From Camelus dromedarius (lineage: Eukaryota), in contig NC_087436.1 in the NCBI RefSeq assembly GCF_036321535.1, positions 2,666,001-2,730,000 of the forward strand: 64,000 nt of DNA, written 5' to 3'. The notes below the pieces were generated by a model. It did not search any database. It worked only from the letters and a program-made list of their open reading frames with translations, and had not been told where the DNA came from. Of this stretch, positions 12,600 through 24,100 are shown piece by piece. The position numbers and the translations under genes are program-made. Positions within the stretch are counted from its first letter, which is position 1. Every line of letters starts with the position of its first letter.

Positions 12600-15500
12600 G
12601 GAGAAACTTTTACTCTGGTTTCTCAGTCTGTTTCCTAGTGCCTGTTTGAAGTTCCTGCAGATTTCACTGTAAAACCGAGTTGGAGCTAGTACCTCCACAT
12701 AAATATGTATGGAGTGGAGTTTGCAAGTGAAAAGAAACTTTTTGTTCCCAACAAGCTAGGTGAAGGACGGCTTTCACACACACTTATCTCTGAGAACTGA
12801 GCATGTGGAGAGACTTTCGTTCATCTAGCACAAAGGGAACGTGTTACAGGAGAAACTTTTACTCTGGTTTCTCAGTCTATTTCCTAGTGCCGGTTGGAAG
12901 TTCCTGCAGTTTTCACTGTAAAACCGAGTTGGAGCTAGTACCTCCCCATAAATATGTATGGAGTGGTGTTTGCAACTGAACAGAAACTTTGTGTTCCCAA
13001 CAAGCTAGGTGAAGGACGGCTTTCACACACATTTTTCTCTCAGAACTGAGCATGTGGAGAGACGTTCGTTCATCTAGCAGAAATGGAACGGGTTGTAGGG
13101 GAAACTTTTACTCTGGTTTCTCAGTCTGTTTCCTAGTGCCGGTTTGAAGTTCCTGCAGTTTTCACTGTAAAACCGAGTTGGAGCTAGTACCTCCCCATAT
13201 ATATGTAAGGAGTGGTGTTTGCAACTGAAAAGAAACTTTGTGTTCCCAACAAGTTAGGTGAAGGACGGCATTCAAACACACTAATCTCTCAGAACTGAGC
13301 ATGTGGAGAGACTTTCGTTCATCTAGCACAAAGGGAACGGGTTGCAGGAGAAACTTTTACTGTGGTTTCTCAGTCTGTTTCCTAGTGCCGGTTTGAATTT
13401 CCTGCAGTTTTCACTGTAAAAGCGAGTTGGAGCTAGTACCTCCCCATAAATATTTATGGAGTGGGGTTTGAAACTGAAAAGAAACTTTGTGTTCCCAACA
13501 AGCTAGGTGAAGGACGGCTTTCACACACAGTTATCTCTGAGAACTGAGCATGTGGAGAGACGTTCTTTCATCTAGCACAAAGGGAACGTGTTGCAGGAGA
13601 AACTTTTACTCTGGACTCTCAGTATGTTTCCTAGTGCCGGTTTGAAGTTCCTGCAGTTTTCACTGTCAAACCGAGTTGGAGCTAGTACCTCCCCATATAT
13701 ATGTATGGAGTGGAGTTTGCAACTGAAAAGAAACTTTGTGTTCCCAACAAGCTAGGTGAAGGACGGCTTTCACACACACTTATCTCTCAGAACTAAGCAT
13801 GTGGAGAGACGTTCTTTAATCTAGCACAAAGGGAACGGGTTGTAGGGGAAACTTTTACTCTGGTTTCTCAGTCTGTTTCCTAGTGCCCGTTTGAAGTTCC
13901 TGCAATTTTCACTGTAAAACCGAGTTGGAGCTTGTACCTCCCCATATATATGTATGGAGTGGTGTTTGCTACTGAAAAGAAACTTTGTGTTCCCAACAAG
14001 TTAGGTGAAGGACGGCTTTCACACACACTTAACTCTCAGAACTGAGCATGTGGAGAGACGTTCGTTCATCTAGCACAAAGGGAACGGGTTGCAGGAGAAA
14101 CTTTTACTCTGGATTCTCAGTCTGTTTCCTAGTGCCGGTTTGAAGTTCCTGCATTTTTCACTGTAAAACCGAGTTGGAGCTAGTACCTCCCCATAAATAT
14201 ATATGGAGTGGGGTTTGCAACTGAAAAGAAACTTTGTGTTCCCAACAAGTTAGGTGAACGAAGGCTTTCACACACACTTATCTCTCAGAACTGAGCATGT
14301 GGAGAGACGTTCGTTCATCTAGCACAAAGGGAACGGGTTGCCGGAGAAACTTTTACTCTGGTTTCTCAGTCTGTTTCCTAGTGCCGGTTTGAAGTTCCTG
14401 CAGTTTTCACTGTAAAACCGAGTTGGATCTAGCACCTCCCCATAAATATATATGGAGTGGAGTTTGCAACTGAAAAGAAACTTTGTGTTCCCAACAAGGT
14501 AGGTGAAGGACGGCTTTCACACACACTTATCTCTGAGAACTGAGCATGTGGAGAGACGTTCGTTCATCTAGCACAAAGGGAACGTGTTGCAGGAGAAACT
14601 TTTACTCTGGTCTCTCAGTCTGTTTCCTAGTGCCGGTTTGAAGTTCCTGCAATTTTCACTGTCAAACCGAGTTGGAGCTAGTACCTCCCCATATATATGT
14701 ATGGAGTGCAGTTAGCAACTGAAAAGAAAATTTGTGTTTCCAACAAGCTAGGTGAAGGACGTCTTTCACACACACTTATCTCTCACAACTGAGCATGTGG
14801 AGAGACGTTCGTTCATCTAGCACAAATGGAACGGGTTACAGGAGAAACTATACTCTGGTTCCTCAGTCTGTTTCCTAGTGCCCGTTTGAAGTTCCTGCAG
14901 TTTTCACTGTAAAACCGAGTTGGAGCTAGTACCTCCCCATATATATGTATGGATTGGAGTTTGCAACTGAAAAAAACTTTGTGTTCCCAACAAGCTAGGT
15001 GAAGTACGGCTTTCACACACACTTATCTCTCAGAACTGAGCATGTGGAGAGACGTTCGTTCATGTAGCACAAAGGGAACGGGTTGCAGGAGAAAATTTTA
15101 CTCTGGTTTATCAGTCTGTTTCCTATTGCCGGGTTGAAGTTCCTGCAGTTTTCACTCTAAAACCGAGTTGGAGCTAGTACCTCCCATAAATATGTATGGA
15201 GTGGTGTTTGCAACTGAACAGAAACTTTGTGTTCCCAACAAGCTAGGTGAATGTTCGCTTTCACACACACATATCTCTGAGAAATGAGCATGTGGAGAGA
15301 CGTTCGTTCATCTAGCACAAATGGAACGTGTTGCAGGAGAAACTTTTACTCTGGTCTCTCAGTATGTTTCCTAGTGCCGGTTTGAATTTCCTGCAGTTTT
15401 CACTGTAAAACCGTGTTTGAGCTAGTACCTCCCCATATATATGTATGGAGTGGAGTTTTCAACTGAAAAGAAACTTTGTGTTCCCAACAAGCTAGGTGAA

Positions 15501-18400
15501 GGACGGCTTTCACACACACTTCCTCTCAGAACTGAGCATGTGGAGAGACGTTCGTTCATCTAGCAAAAAGGAACGGGTTGCAGGAGATACTTTTACTCTG
15601 GTCTCTCAGTCTGTTTCCTAGTGCCGGTTTGAAGTTCCTGCGGTTTTCACTGTAAAACCGAGTTGGAGCTAGTACCTCCCCTTATATATGTATGGAGTGG
15701 AGTTTGCAACTGAAAAGAAACTTTGTGTTCCCAATAAGCTAGGTGAAGGACGGCTTTCACACACACTTATCTCTCAGAACTGAGCATGTGGAGAGACGTT
15801 CGTTCATCTAGCAAAAAGGGAACGGGTTGCAAGAGAAAATTTTACTCTTGTTTCTCAGTCTGTTTCCTAGTGCCGGTTTGAAGTTCCTGCAGTTTTCACT
15901 GTAATACCGAGTTGGAGCTAGTACCTCCCCATATATATGTATGGAGTGGAGTTTGCAACTGAAAAGAAACTTTGTGTTCCCAACAAGCTAGGTGAAAGAC
16001 GGCTTTCACACACACTTACCTCTCAGAACTGAGCATGTGGAGAGACGATCGTTCATCTAGCACAAAGGGAAGGGTTTGCATGAGAAACTTTTACTCTGGT
16101 TTCTAAGTCTGTTTCCTAGTGCCGGTTTGAAGTTCCTGCAGTATTCACTGTAAAACCGAGTTGAAGCTTGTACATCCCCATATATATGTATGCAGTGCAG
16201 TTTGCAACTGAAAAGAAACTTTGTGTTCCCAACAAGCTAGGTGAAGGACGGCTTTCACACACACTTATCTCTGAGAACTGAGCATGTGGAGAGACGTTCG
16301 TTCATCTAGCACAAAAGGAACGTGTTGCAGGAGAAACTTTTTCTCTGGTCTCTCATTCTGTTTCCTAGTGCCGGTTTGATTTTACTTCAGTTTTCACTGT
16401 AAAACCGTGTTGGAGCTAGTACCTCCCCATATATATGTATGGAGAGGAGTTTGCAACAGAAAAGAAACTTTGTGTTCCCAACAAGCTAGTTGAAGTACGG
16501 CTTTCACACACACTTATCTCTCAGAACTGAGCATGTGGAGAGACGTTCGTTCATGTAGCACAAAGGGAACGGGTTGCAGGAGAAACTTTTACTCTGGTTT
16601 ATCAGTCTGTTTCCTAGTGCCGGTTTGAAGTTCCTGCAGTTTTCACTCTAAAACCGAGTTGGAGCTAGTACCTCCCATAAATATGTATGGAGTGGTGTTT
16701 GCAACTGAAAAGAAACTTTGTGTTCCTAACAAGCTATGTGAAGTACGGATTTCACACACACTTATCTTTCAGAACTGAGCATTTGGAGAGATGTTCGTTC
16801 ATCTATCACAAAGGGAACGGTTTGCAGGTGAAACTTTAACTCTGGTTTCTCAGTCTGTTTCTTAGTGCCGGTTTGATGTTCCTGCAGTTTTCATTGTAAA
16901 ATCGATTTGGAGCTAGTACCTCCCCATAAAAATGTATGGAGTGGAGTTTGCAACTGAAAAGAAACTTTGTGTTCCCAACAAGCTAGGTGAATTAAGGCTT
17001 TCACACACACTTATCTCTGAGAACTGAGCATGTGGAGAGACTTTCGTTCATCTAGCAAAAAGGGAACGTGTTGCAGGAGAAACTTTTACTCTGGTCTCTC
17101 AGTCTGTTTCCTAGTGCCGGTTTGATGTTCCTGCAGTTTTCACTGTAAAACCGAGTTGGAGCTAGTACCTCCCCATATATATGTATGGAGTGGAGTTTGC
17201 AACTGAAAAGAAACTTTGTGTTCCCAACAAGCTAGGTGAAGGACGGCTTTCACACACACTTATCTCTCAGAACTGAGCATGTGGAGAGACGTTCGTTCAC
17301 CTAGCACAAAGGGAACGGTTTGCAGGAGAAACTTTTACTCTGGTTTCTCAGTCTGTTTCCTAGTGCCGGTTTGAAGTTCCTGCAGTTTTCACTGTAAAAC
17401 CGATTTGGAGCTAGTACATCCCCATATATATGTATGGAGTGGAGTTTGCAAGTGAAAGGAAACTTTGTGTTCCCAAGAAGCTAGGTGAAGTACGGCTTTC
17501 ACACACACTTATCTCTGAGAACTGAGCATGTGGAGAGACGTTCGTTCATCTAGCACAAAAGGAACGTTTTGCAGGAGAAACTTTTACTATGGTCTCTCAT
17601 TCTGTTTCCTAGTGCCGGTTTGATGTTACTTCAGTTTTCACTGGAAAACCGTGTTGGAGCTAGTACCTCCCCATATATATGTATGGAGAGGAGTTTGCAA
17701 CAGAAAAGAAACTTTGTGTTCCCAACAAGCTAGTTGAAGTACGGCTTTCACACACACTTATCTCTCAGAACTGAGCATGTGGGGAGACGTTCGTTCATCT
17801 AGCACAAAGGGAACAGGTTGCAGGAGAAACTTTTACTGTGGATTCTCAGTCTGTTTCCTAGTGCCGGTTAGAAGTTCCTGCAGTTTTCACTGTAAAACCT
17901 AGTTGGAGCTAGTACCTCCCCATATATATGTATGGAGTGGAGTTTGCAACTGAAAAGAAACTTTGTGTTCCCAACAAGCTAGATGAATGACCGCTTTCAC
18001 ACACACATATCTCTGAGAAATGAGCATGTGGAGAGACGTTCGTTCATCTAGCACAAAGGGAACGTGTTGCAGGAGAAACTTTTACTCTGGACTCTCAGTC
18101 TGTTTCCTAGTGCCGGTTTGAAGTTACTGCAGTTTTCACTGTAAAACCGTGTTGGGGCTAGTACCTCCCCATATATATGTATGGAGTGGAGTTTGCAACT
18201 GAAAAGAAACTTTGTGTTCCCAACAAGCTAGGTGAAGGACGGCTTTCACACACACTTCCTCTCAGAACTGAGCATGTGGAGAGACGTTCGTTCATCTAGC
18301 AAAAAGTGAACGGATTGCAGGAGAAACTTTTACTCTGGTCTCTCAGGCTGTTTCCTAGTGCCGGTTTGAAGTTCCTGCGGTTTTCACTGTAAAACCGAGT
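12600..18400. repeat. Second, diverged copy of the monomer series at ~1200-11200 (offsets 11436, then 7212 bp)
   Basis: Monomer 1246 corresponds to 12682 and ORF 3377 to 14813 (offset 11436). Later markers TTCACCTAG (10086/17298) and CTGGAAAACCGTG (10431/17643) are offset by 7212 bp (29 monomers). Confidence 0.85.
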
Positions 18401-18889
18401 TGGAGCTAGTACCTCCCCATATATATGTATGGAGTGGAGTTTGCAACTGAAAAGAAACTTTGTGTTCCCAATAAACTAGGTGAAGGACGGCTTTCACACA
18501 CACTTATCTCTCAGAACTGAGCATGTGAAGAGACGATCGTTCATCTAGCACAAAGGGAAGGGTTTGCAGGAGAAACTTTTACTCTGGTTTCTCAGTCTGT
18601 TTCCTAGTGCCGGTTTGAAGTTCCTGCAGTTTTCACTGTAAAACCGAGTTGGAGCTTGTACATCCCCATATATATGTATGGAGTGCAGTTTGCAACTGAA
18701 AAGAAACTTTGTGTTCCCAACAAGCTAGGTGAAGGAAGGCTTTCACACACACTTATCTCTCAAAACTGAGCATGTGGAGAGAAGTTCGTTCATCTAGCAC
18801 AAAGGGAACGGGTTGCAGGAGAAACTTTTACTCTGGTTTCTCAGTCTGTTTCCTAGTGCCGGTTTGAAGTTCCTGCAGTTTTCACTGTA

Positions 18890-19890
18890 AAACCGAGTTT
18901 GAGCTAGTACCTCCCCATATATATTTACGGAGTGGTGTTTGCAACTGAAAAGAAACTTTGTGTTCCTAACAAGCTAGGTGAAGTACGGCTTTCACACACA
19001 CTTATTTTTCAGAACTGAGCATGTGGAGAGACGTTCGTTCATCTATCACAAAGGGAACGGTTTGCAGGTGAAACTTTAACTCTGGTTTCTCGGTCTGTTT
19101 CCTAGTGCCGGTTTGAAGTTCCTGCATTTTTCACTGTAAAACCGAGTTGGAGCTAGTACCTCCCCATATATATGTATGGAGTGGAGTTTGCAACTGAAAA
19201 GAAACTTTGTGTTCCCAACAAGCTAGGTGAAGGACGGCTTTCACACACACTTATGTCTCAGAACTGAGCATGTGGAGAGACGTTCGTTCACCTAGCACAA
19301 AGGGAAAGGTTTGCAGGAGAAACTTTTACTCTGGTTTCTCAGTCTGTTTCCTAGTGCCGGTTTGAAGTTCCTGCAGTTTTCACTGTAAAACCGAGTTTGA
19401 GCTAGTACCTCCCCATATATATTTATGGAGTGGTGTTTGCAAATGAAAAGAAACTTTGTGTTCCTAACAAGCTAGGTGAAGTACGGCTTTCACACACACT
19501 TATCTTTCAGAACTGAGCATGTGGAGAGACGTTCGTTCATCTATCACAAAGGGAACGGTTTGCAGGTGAAACTTAACTCTGGTTTCTCGGTCTGTTTCCT
19601 AGTGCCGGTTTGAAGTTCCTGCATTTTTCACTGTAAAACCGAGTTGTAGCTAGTACCTCCCCATATATATGTATGGAGTGGAGTTTGCAACTGAAAAGAA
19701 ACTTTGTGTTCCCAACAAGCTAGGTGAAGGACGGCTTTCACACACACTTATCTCTCAGAACTGAGCATGTGGAGAGACGTTCGTTCACCTAGCACAAAGG
19801 GAACGGTTTGCAGGAGAAACTTTTACTCTGGTTTCTCAGTCTGTTTCCTAGTGCCGGTTTGAAGTTCCTGCAGTTTTCACTGTAAAACCG
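18890..19890. repeat. 2-monomer (498-bp) local tandem duplication
   Basis: GAGTTTGAG, TTCCTAAC, CTATCAC, CAGGTG, TCTCGGTC, GCATTTTT and TTCACCTAG recur in the same order 498 bp apart (AACCGAGTTT at 18891 and 19389). Confidence 0.88.
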
Positions 19891-21139
19891 ACTTGGAGCT
19901 TGTACATCCACATATATATGTATGGAGTGGAGTTTGCAACTGAAAAGAAACTTTGTGTTCCCAAGAAGCTAGGTGAAGGACGGCTTTCACACACACTTAT
20001 CTCTGAGAACTGAGCATGTGGAGAGACGTTCGTTCATCTAGCACAAAAGGAACGTTTTGCAGGAGAAACTTTTTCTCTGGTCTCTCATTCTGTTTCCTAG
20101 TGCCGGTTTGATGTTACTTCAGTTTTCACTGGAAAACCGTGTTGGAGCTAGTACCTACCCATATATATGTATGGAGAGGAGTTTGCAACAGAAAAGAAAC
20201 TTTGTGTTCCCAACAAGCTAGTTGAAGTACGGCTTTCACACACACTTTTCTCTCAGAACTGAGCATGTGGAGAGACGTTCGTTCATCTAGCACAAAGGGA
20301 ACAGGTTGCAGGAGAAACTTTTACTCTGGTTTCTCAGTCTGTTTCCTAGTGCCGGTTTGAAGTTCCTGCAGTTTTCACTGTAAAACCGAGTTGGAGCTAG
20401 TACCTCCCCATATATATGTATGGAGTGGAGTTTGCAACTGAAAAGAAACTTTGTGTTCCCAACAAGCTAGGTGAATGACCGCTTTCACACACACATATCT
20501 CTGAGAAATGAGCATGTTGAGAGACGTTCGTTCATCTAGCAAAAAGGGAACGGGTTGCAGGAGAAACTTTTACTCTGGTCTCTCAGGCTGTTTCCTAGTG
20601 CCGGTTTGAAGTTCCTGCGGTTTTCACTGTAAAACCGAGTTGGAGCTAGTACCTCCCCATATATATGTATGGAGTGGAGTTTGCAACTGAAAAGAAACTT
20701 TGTGTTCCCAATAAACTAGGTGAAGGACGGCTTTCACACACATTTATCTCTCAGAACTGAGCATGTGGAGAGACGTTCGTTCATCTAGCACAAAGGGAAC
20801 GGGTTGCAGGAGAAACTTTTACTCTGGTTTCTCAGTCTGTTTGCTAGTGCCGGTTTGAAGTTCCTGCAGTTTTCACTGTAAAACCGAGTTGGAGCTAGTA
20901 CCTCCCCATATATATGTATGGAGTGGAGTTTGCAACTGAAAAGAAACTTTGTGTTCCCAACAAGCTAGGTGAATGACGGCTTTCACACACACTTATCTCT
21001 CAGAACTGAGCATGTGGAGAGACGATCGTTCATCTAGCACAAAGGGAAGGGTTTGCAGGAGAAACTTTTACTCTGGTTTCTCAGTCTGTTTCCTAGTGTC
21101 GGTTTGAAGTTCCTGCAGTTTTCACTGTAAAACCGAGTT

Positions 21140-24100
21140 GGAGCTTGTACATCCCCATATATATGTATGGAGTGCAGTTTGCAACTGAAAAGAAACTTTG
21201 TTTTCCCAACAAGCTAGGTGAAGGACGGCTTTCACACACACTTATCTCTCAGAACTGAGCATGTGGAGAGACGTTCGTTCATCTAGCACAAAAGGAACGT
21301 GTTGCAGTAGAAATTTTTACTCTGGTCTCTCATTCTGTTTCCTAGTGTCGGTTTGATTTTACTTCAGTTTTCACTGTAAAACCGTGTTGGAGCTAGTACC
21401 TCCCCATATATATGTATGGAGAGGAGTTTGCAAAAGAAAAGAAACTTTGTGTTCCCAACAAGCTAGTTGAAGTACGGCTTTCACACACACTTATCTCTCA
21501 GAACTGAGCATGTGGAGAGACGTTAGTTCATCTAGCACAAAGGGAACGGGTTGCAGGAGAAACTTTTACTCTGGTTTCTCAGTCTGTTTCCTAGTACCGG
21601 TTTGAAGTTCCTGCAGTTTTCACTGTAAAACCGAGTTTGAGCTAGTACCTCCCCATATATATTTATGGAGTGGTGTTTGCAACTGAAAAGAAACTTTGTG
21701 TTCCTAACAAGCTAGGTGAAGTACGGCTTTCACACACACTTATCTTTCAGAACTGAGCATGTGGAGAGACGTTCGTTCATCTATCACAAAAGGAACGGTT
21801 TGCAGGTGAAACTTTATCTCTGGTTTCTCGGTCTGTTTCCTAGTGCCGGTTTGATGTTCCTGCAGTTTTCATTGTAAAATCGATTTGGAGCTAGTACCTC
21901 CCCATAAAAATGTTTGGAGTGGAGTTTGCAACTGAAAAGAAACTTTGTGTTCCCAACAAGCTAGGTGAATTAAGGCTTTCACACACACTTATCTCTGAGA
22001 ACTGAGCATGTGGAGAGACTTTCGTTCATCTAGCAAAAAGGGAACGTGTTGCAGGAGGAACTTTTACTCTGGTCTCTCAGTCTGTTTCCTAGTGCCGGTT
22101 TGAAGTTCCTGCAGTTTTCACTGTAAAACAGAGTTGGAGCTAGTACCTCCCCATATATATGTATGAAGTGGAGTTTGCAACTGAAAAGAAACTTTGTGTT
22201 CCCAACAAGCTAGTTGAAGTACGGCTTTCACACACACTTATCTCTCAGAACTGAGCATGTGGAGAGACGTTAGTTCATCTAGCACAAAGGGAACGGGTTG
22301 CAGGAGAAACTTTTACTCTGGTTTCTCAGTCTGTTTCCTAGTGCCGGTTTGAAGTTCCTGCAGTTTTCACTGTAAAACCGAGTTTGAGCTAGTACCTCCC
22401 CATATATATTTATGGAGTGGTGTTTGCAACTGAAAAGAAAATTTGTGTTCCTAACAAGCTAGGTGAAGTACGGCTTTCACACACACTTATCTTTCAGAAC
22501 TGAGCATGTGGATAGACGTTCGTTCATCTATCACAAAGGGAACGGTTTGCAGGTGAAACTTTAACTCTGGTTTCTCAGTCTGTTTCCTAGTGCCGGTTTG
22601 ATGTTCCTGCAGTTTTCATTGTAAAATCGATTTGGAGCTAGTACCTCCCCATAAAAATGTTTGGAGTGGAGTTTGCAACTGAAAAGAAACTTTGTGTTCC
22701 CAACAAGCTAGGTGAATTAAGGCTTTCACACACACTTATCTCTGAGAACTGAGCATGTGGAGAGACTTTCGTTCATCTAGCAAAAAGGGAACGTGTTGCA
22801 GGAGAAACTTTTACTCTGGTCTCTCTGTCTGTTTCCTAGTGCCGGTTTGAAGTTCCTGCAGTTTTCACTGTAAAACCGAGTTGGAGCTAGTACCTCCCCA
22901 TATATATGTATGGAGTGGAGTTTGCAACTGAAAAGAAACTTTGTGTTCCAAACAAGCTAGGTGAATACGGCTTTCACACACACTTATCTCTCAGAACTGA
23001 GCATGTGGAGGGACGTTCGTTCATCTAGCACAAAGGGAACGGGTTGCAGGAGAAACTTTTACTCTGGTTTCTCAGTCTGTTTCCTAGTGCCGATTTGATG
23101 TTCCTGCAGTTTTCACTGTAAAATCGATTTGGAGCTAGTACCTCCCCATAAAAATGTATGGATTGGAGTTTGCAACTGAAAAGAAACTTTGTGTTCCCAA
23201 CAAGCTAGGTGAAGGAAGGCTTTCAAACACACTTATCTCTCAGAACTGAGCATGTGGAGAGACGTTCGTTCATCTAGCACAAAGGGAACGGGTTGCAGGA
23301 GAAACTTTTACTCTGGTTTCTCAGTCTGTTTCCTAATGCCGGTTTGAAGTTCCTGCAGTTTTCACTGTAAAACCGATTTGGAGCTAGTATATCCACATAT
23401 ATATGTATGGAGTGGGGTTTGCAAGTGAAAAGAAACTTTGTGTTCCCAAGAAGCTAGGTGAAGGACGGCTTTCACAAACATTTATCTCTCAGAACTGAGC
23501 ATGTGGAGAGACGTTCGTTCATCTAGCACAAAGGGAACGGGTTGAAGGAGAAACTTTTAGTCTGGTTTCTCAGTCTGTTTCCTAGTTCCGGTTTGAAGTT
23601 CCTGCAGATTTCACTGTAAAACCGAGTTGGATCTGGTACCTCCCCACATATATGTATGGAGTGGAGTTTGCAACTGAAAAGAAACTTTGTGTTCCCAACA
23701 AGCTAGGTGAAGGACAGCTTTCACACACAATTATCTTTCAGAACTGAGCATGTGGAGAGATGTTCGTTCATCTATCACAAAGGGAACGGTTTACAGGTGA
23801 AACTTTAACTCTGGTTTCCCAGTCTGTTTCCTAGTGCCGGTTTGATGTTCCTGCAGTTTTCATTGTAAAATCGATTTGGAGCTAGTACCTCCCCATAAAA
23901 ATATATGGAGTGGAGTTTGCAACTGAAAAGAAACATTGTGTTCCCCACAAGCTAGGTTAATTAAGGCTTTCACACACACTTATCTCTGAGAACTGAGCAT
24001 GTGGAGAGACTTTCGTTCATCTAGCAAAAAGGGAACGTGTTGCAGGAGAAACTTTTACTCTGGTCTCTCAGTCTGTTTCCTAGTGCCGGTTTGAAGTTCC

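Noticed and set aside
17175..17260. (TA)n and (CA)n runs as microsatellites or a TATA-box promoter
   Set aside because: They are only 4-5 units long and a fixed part of every monomer, with no downstream gene.
17158..17406. Satellite-encoded hammerhead ribozyme as in newt satellite 2, Schistosoma Sm-alpha or Dolichopoda pDo500
   Set aside because: The consensus has no CUGANGA core on either strand. The closest are CTGAAAA, CTGAGCA, and minus-strand CTGAGAG, CTGAGAA and CTAGATGA. I could not build the three stems around GAAA. An Infernal/Rfam search would be the definitive test.
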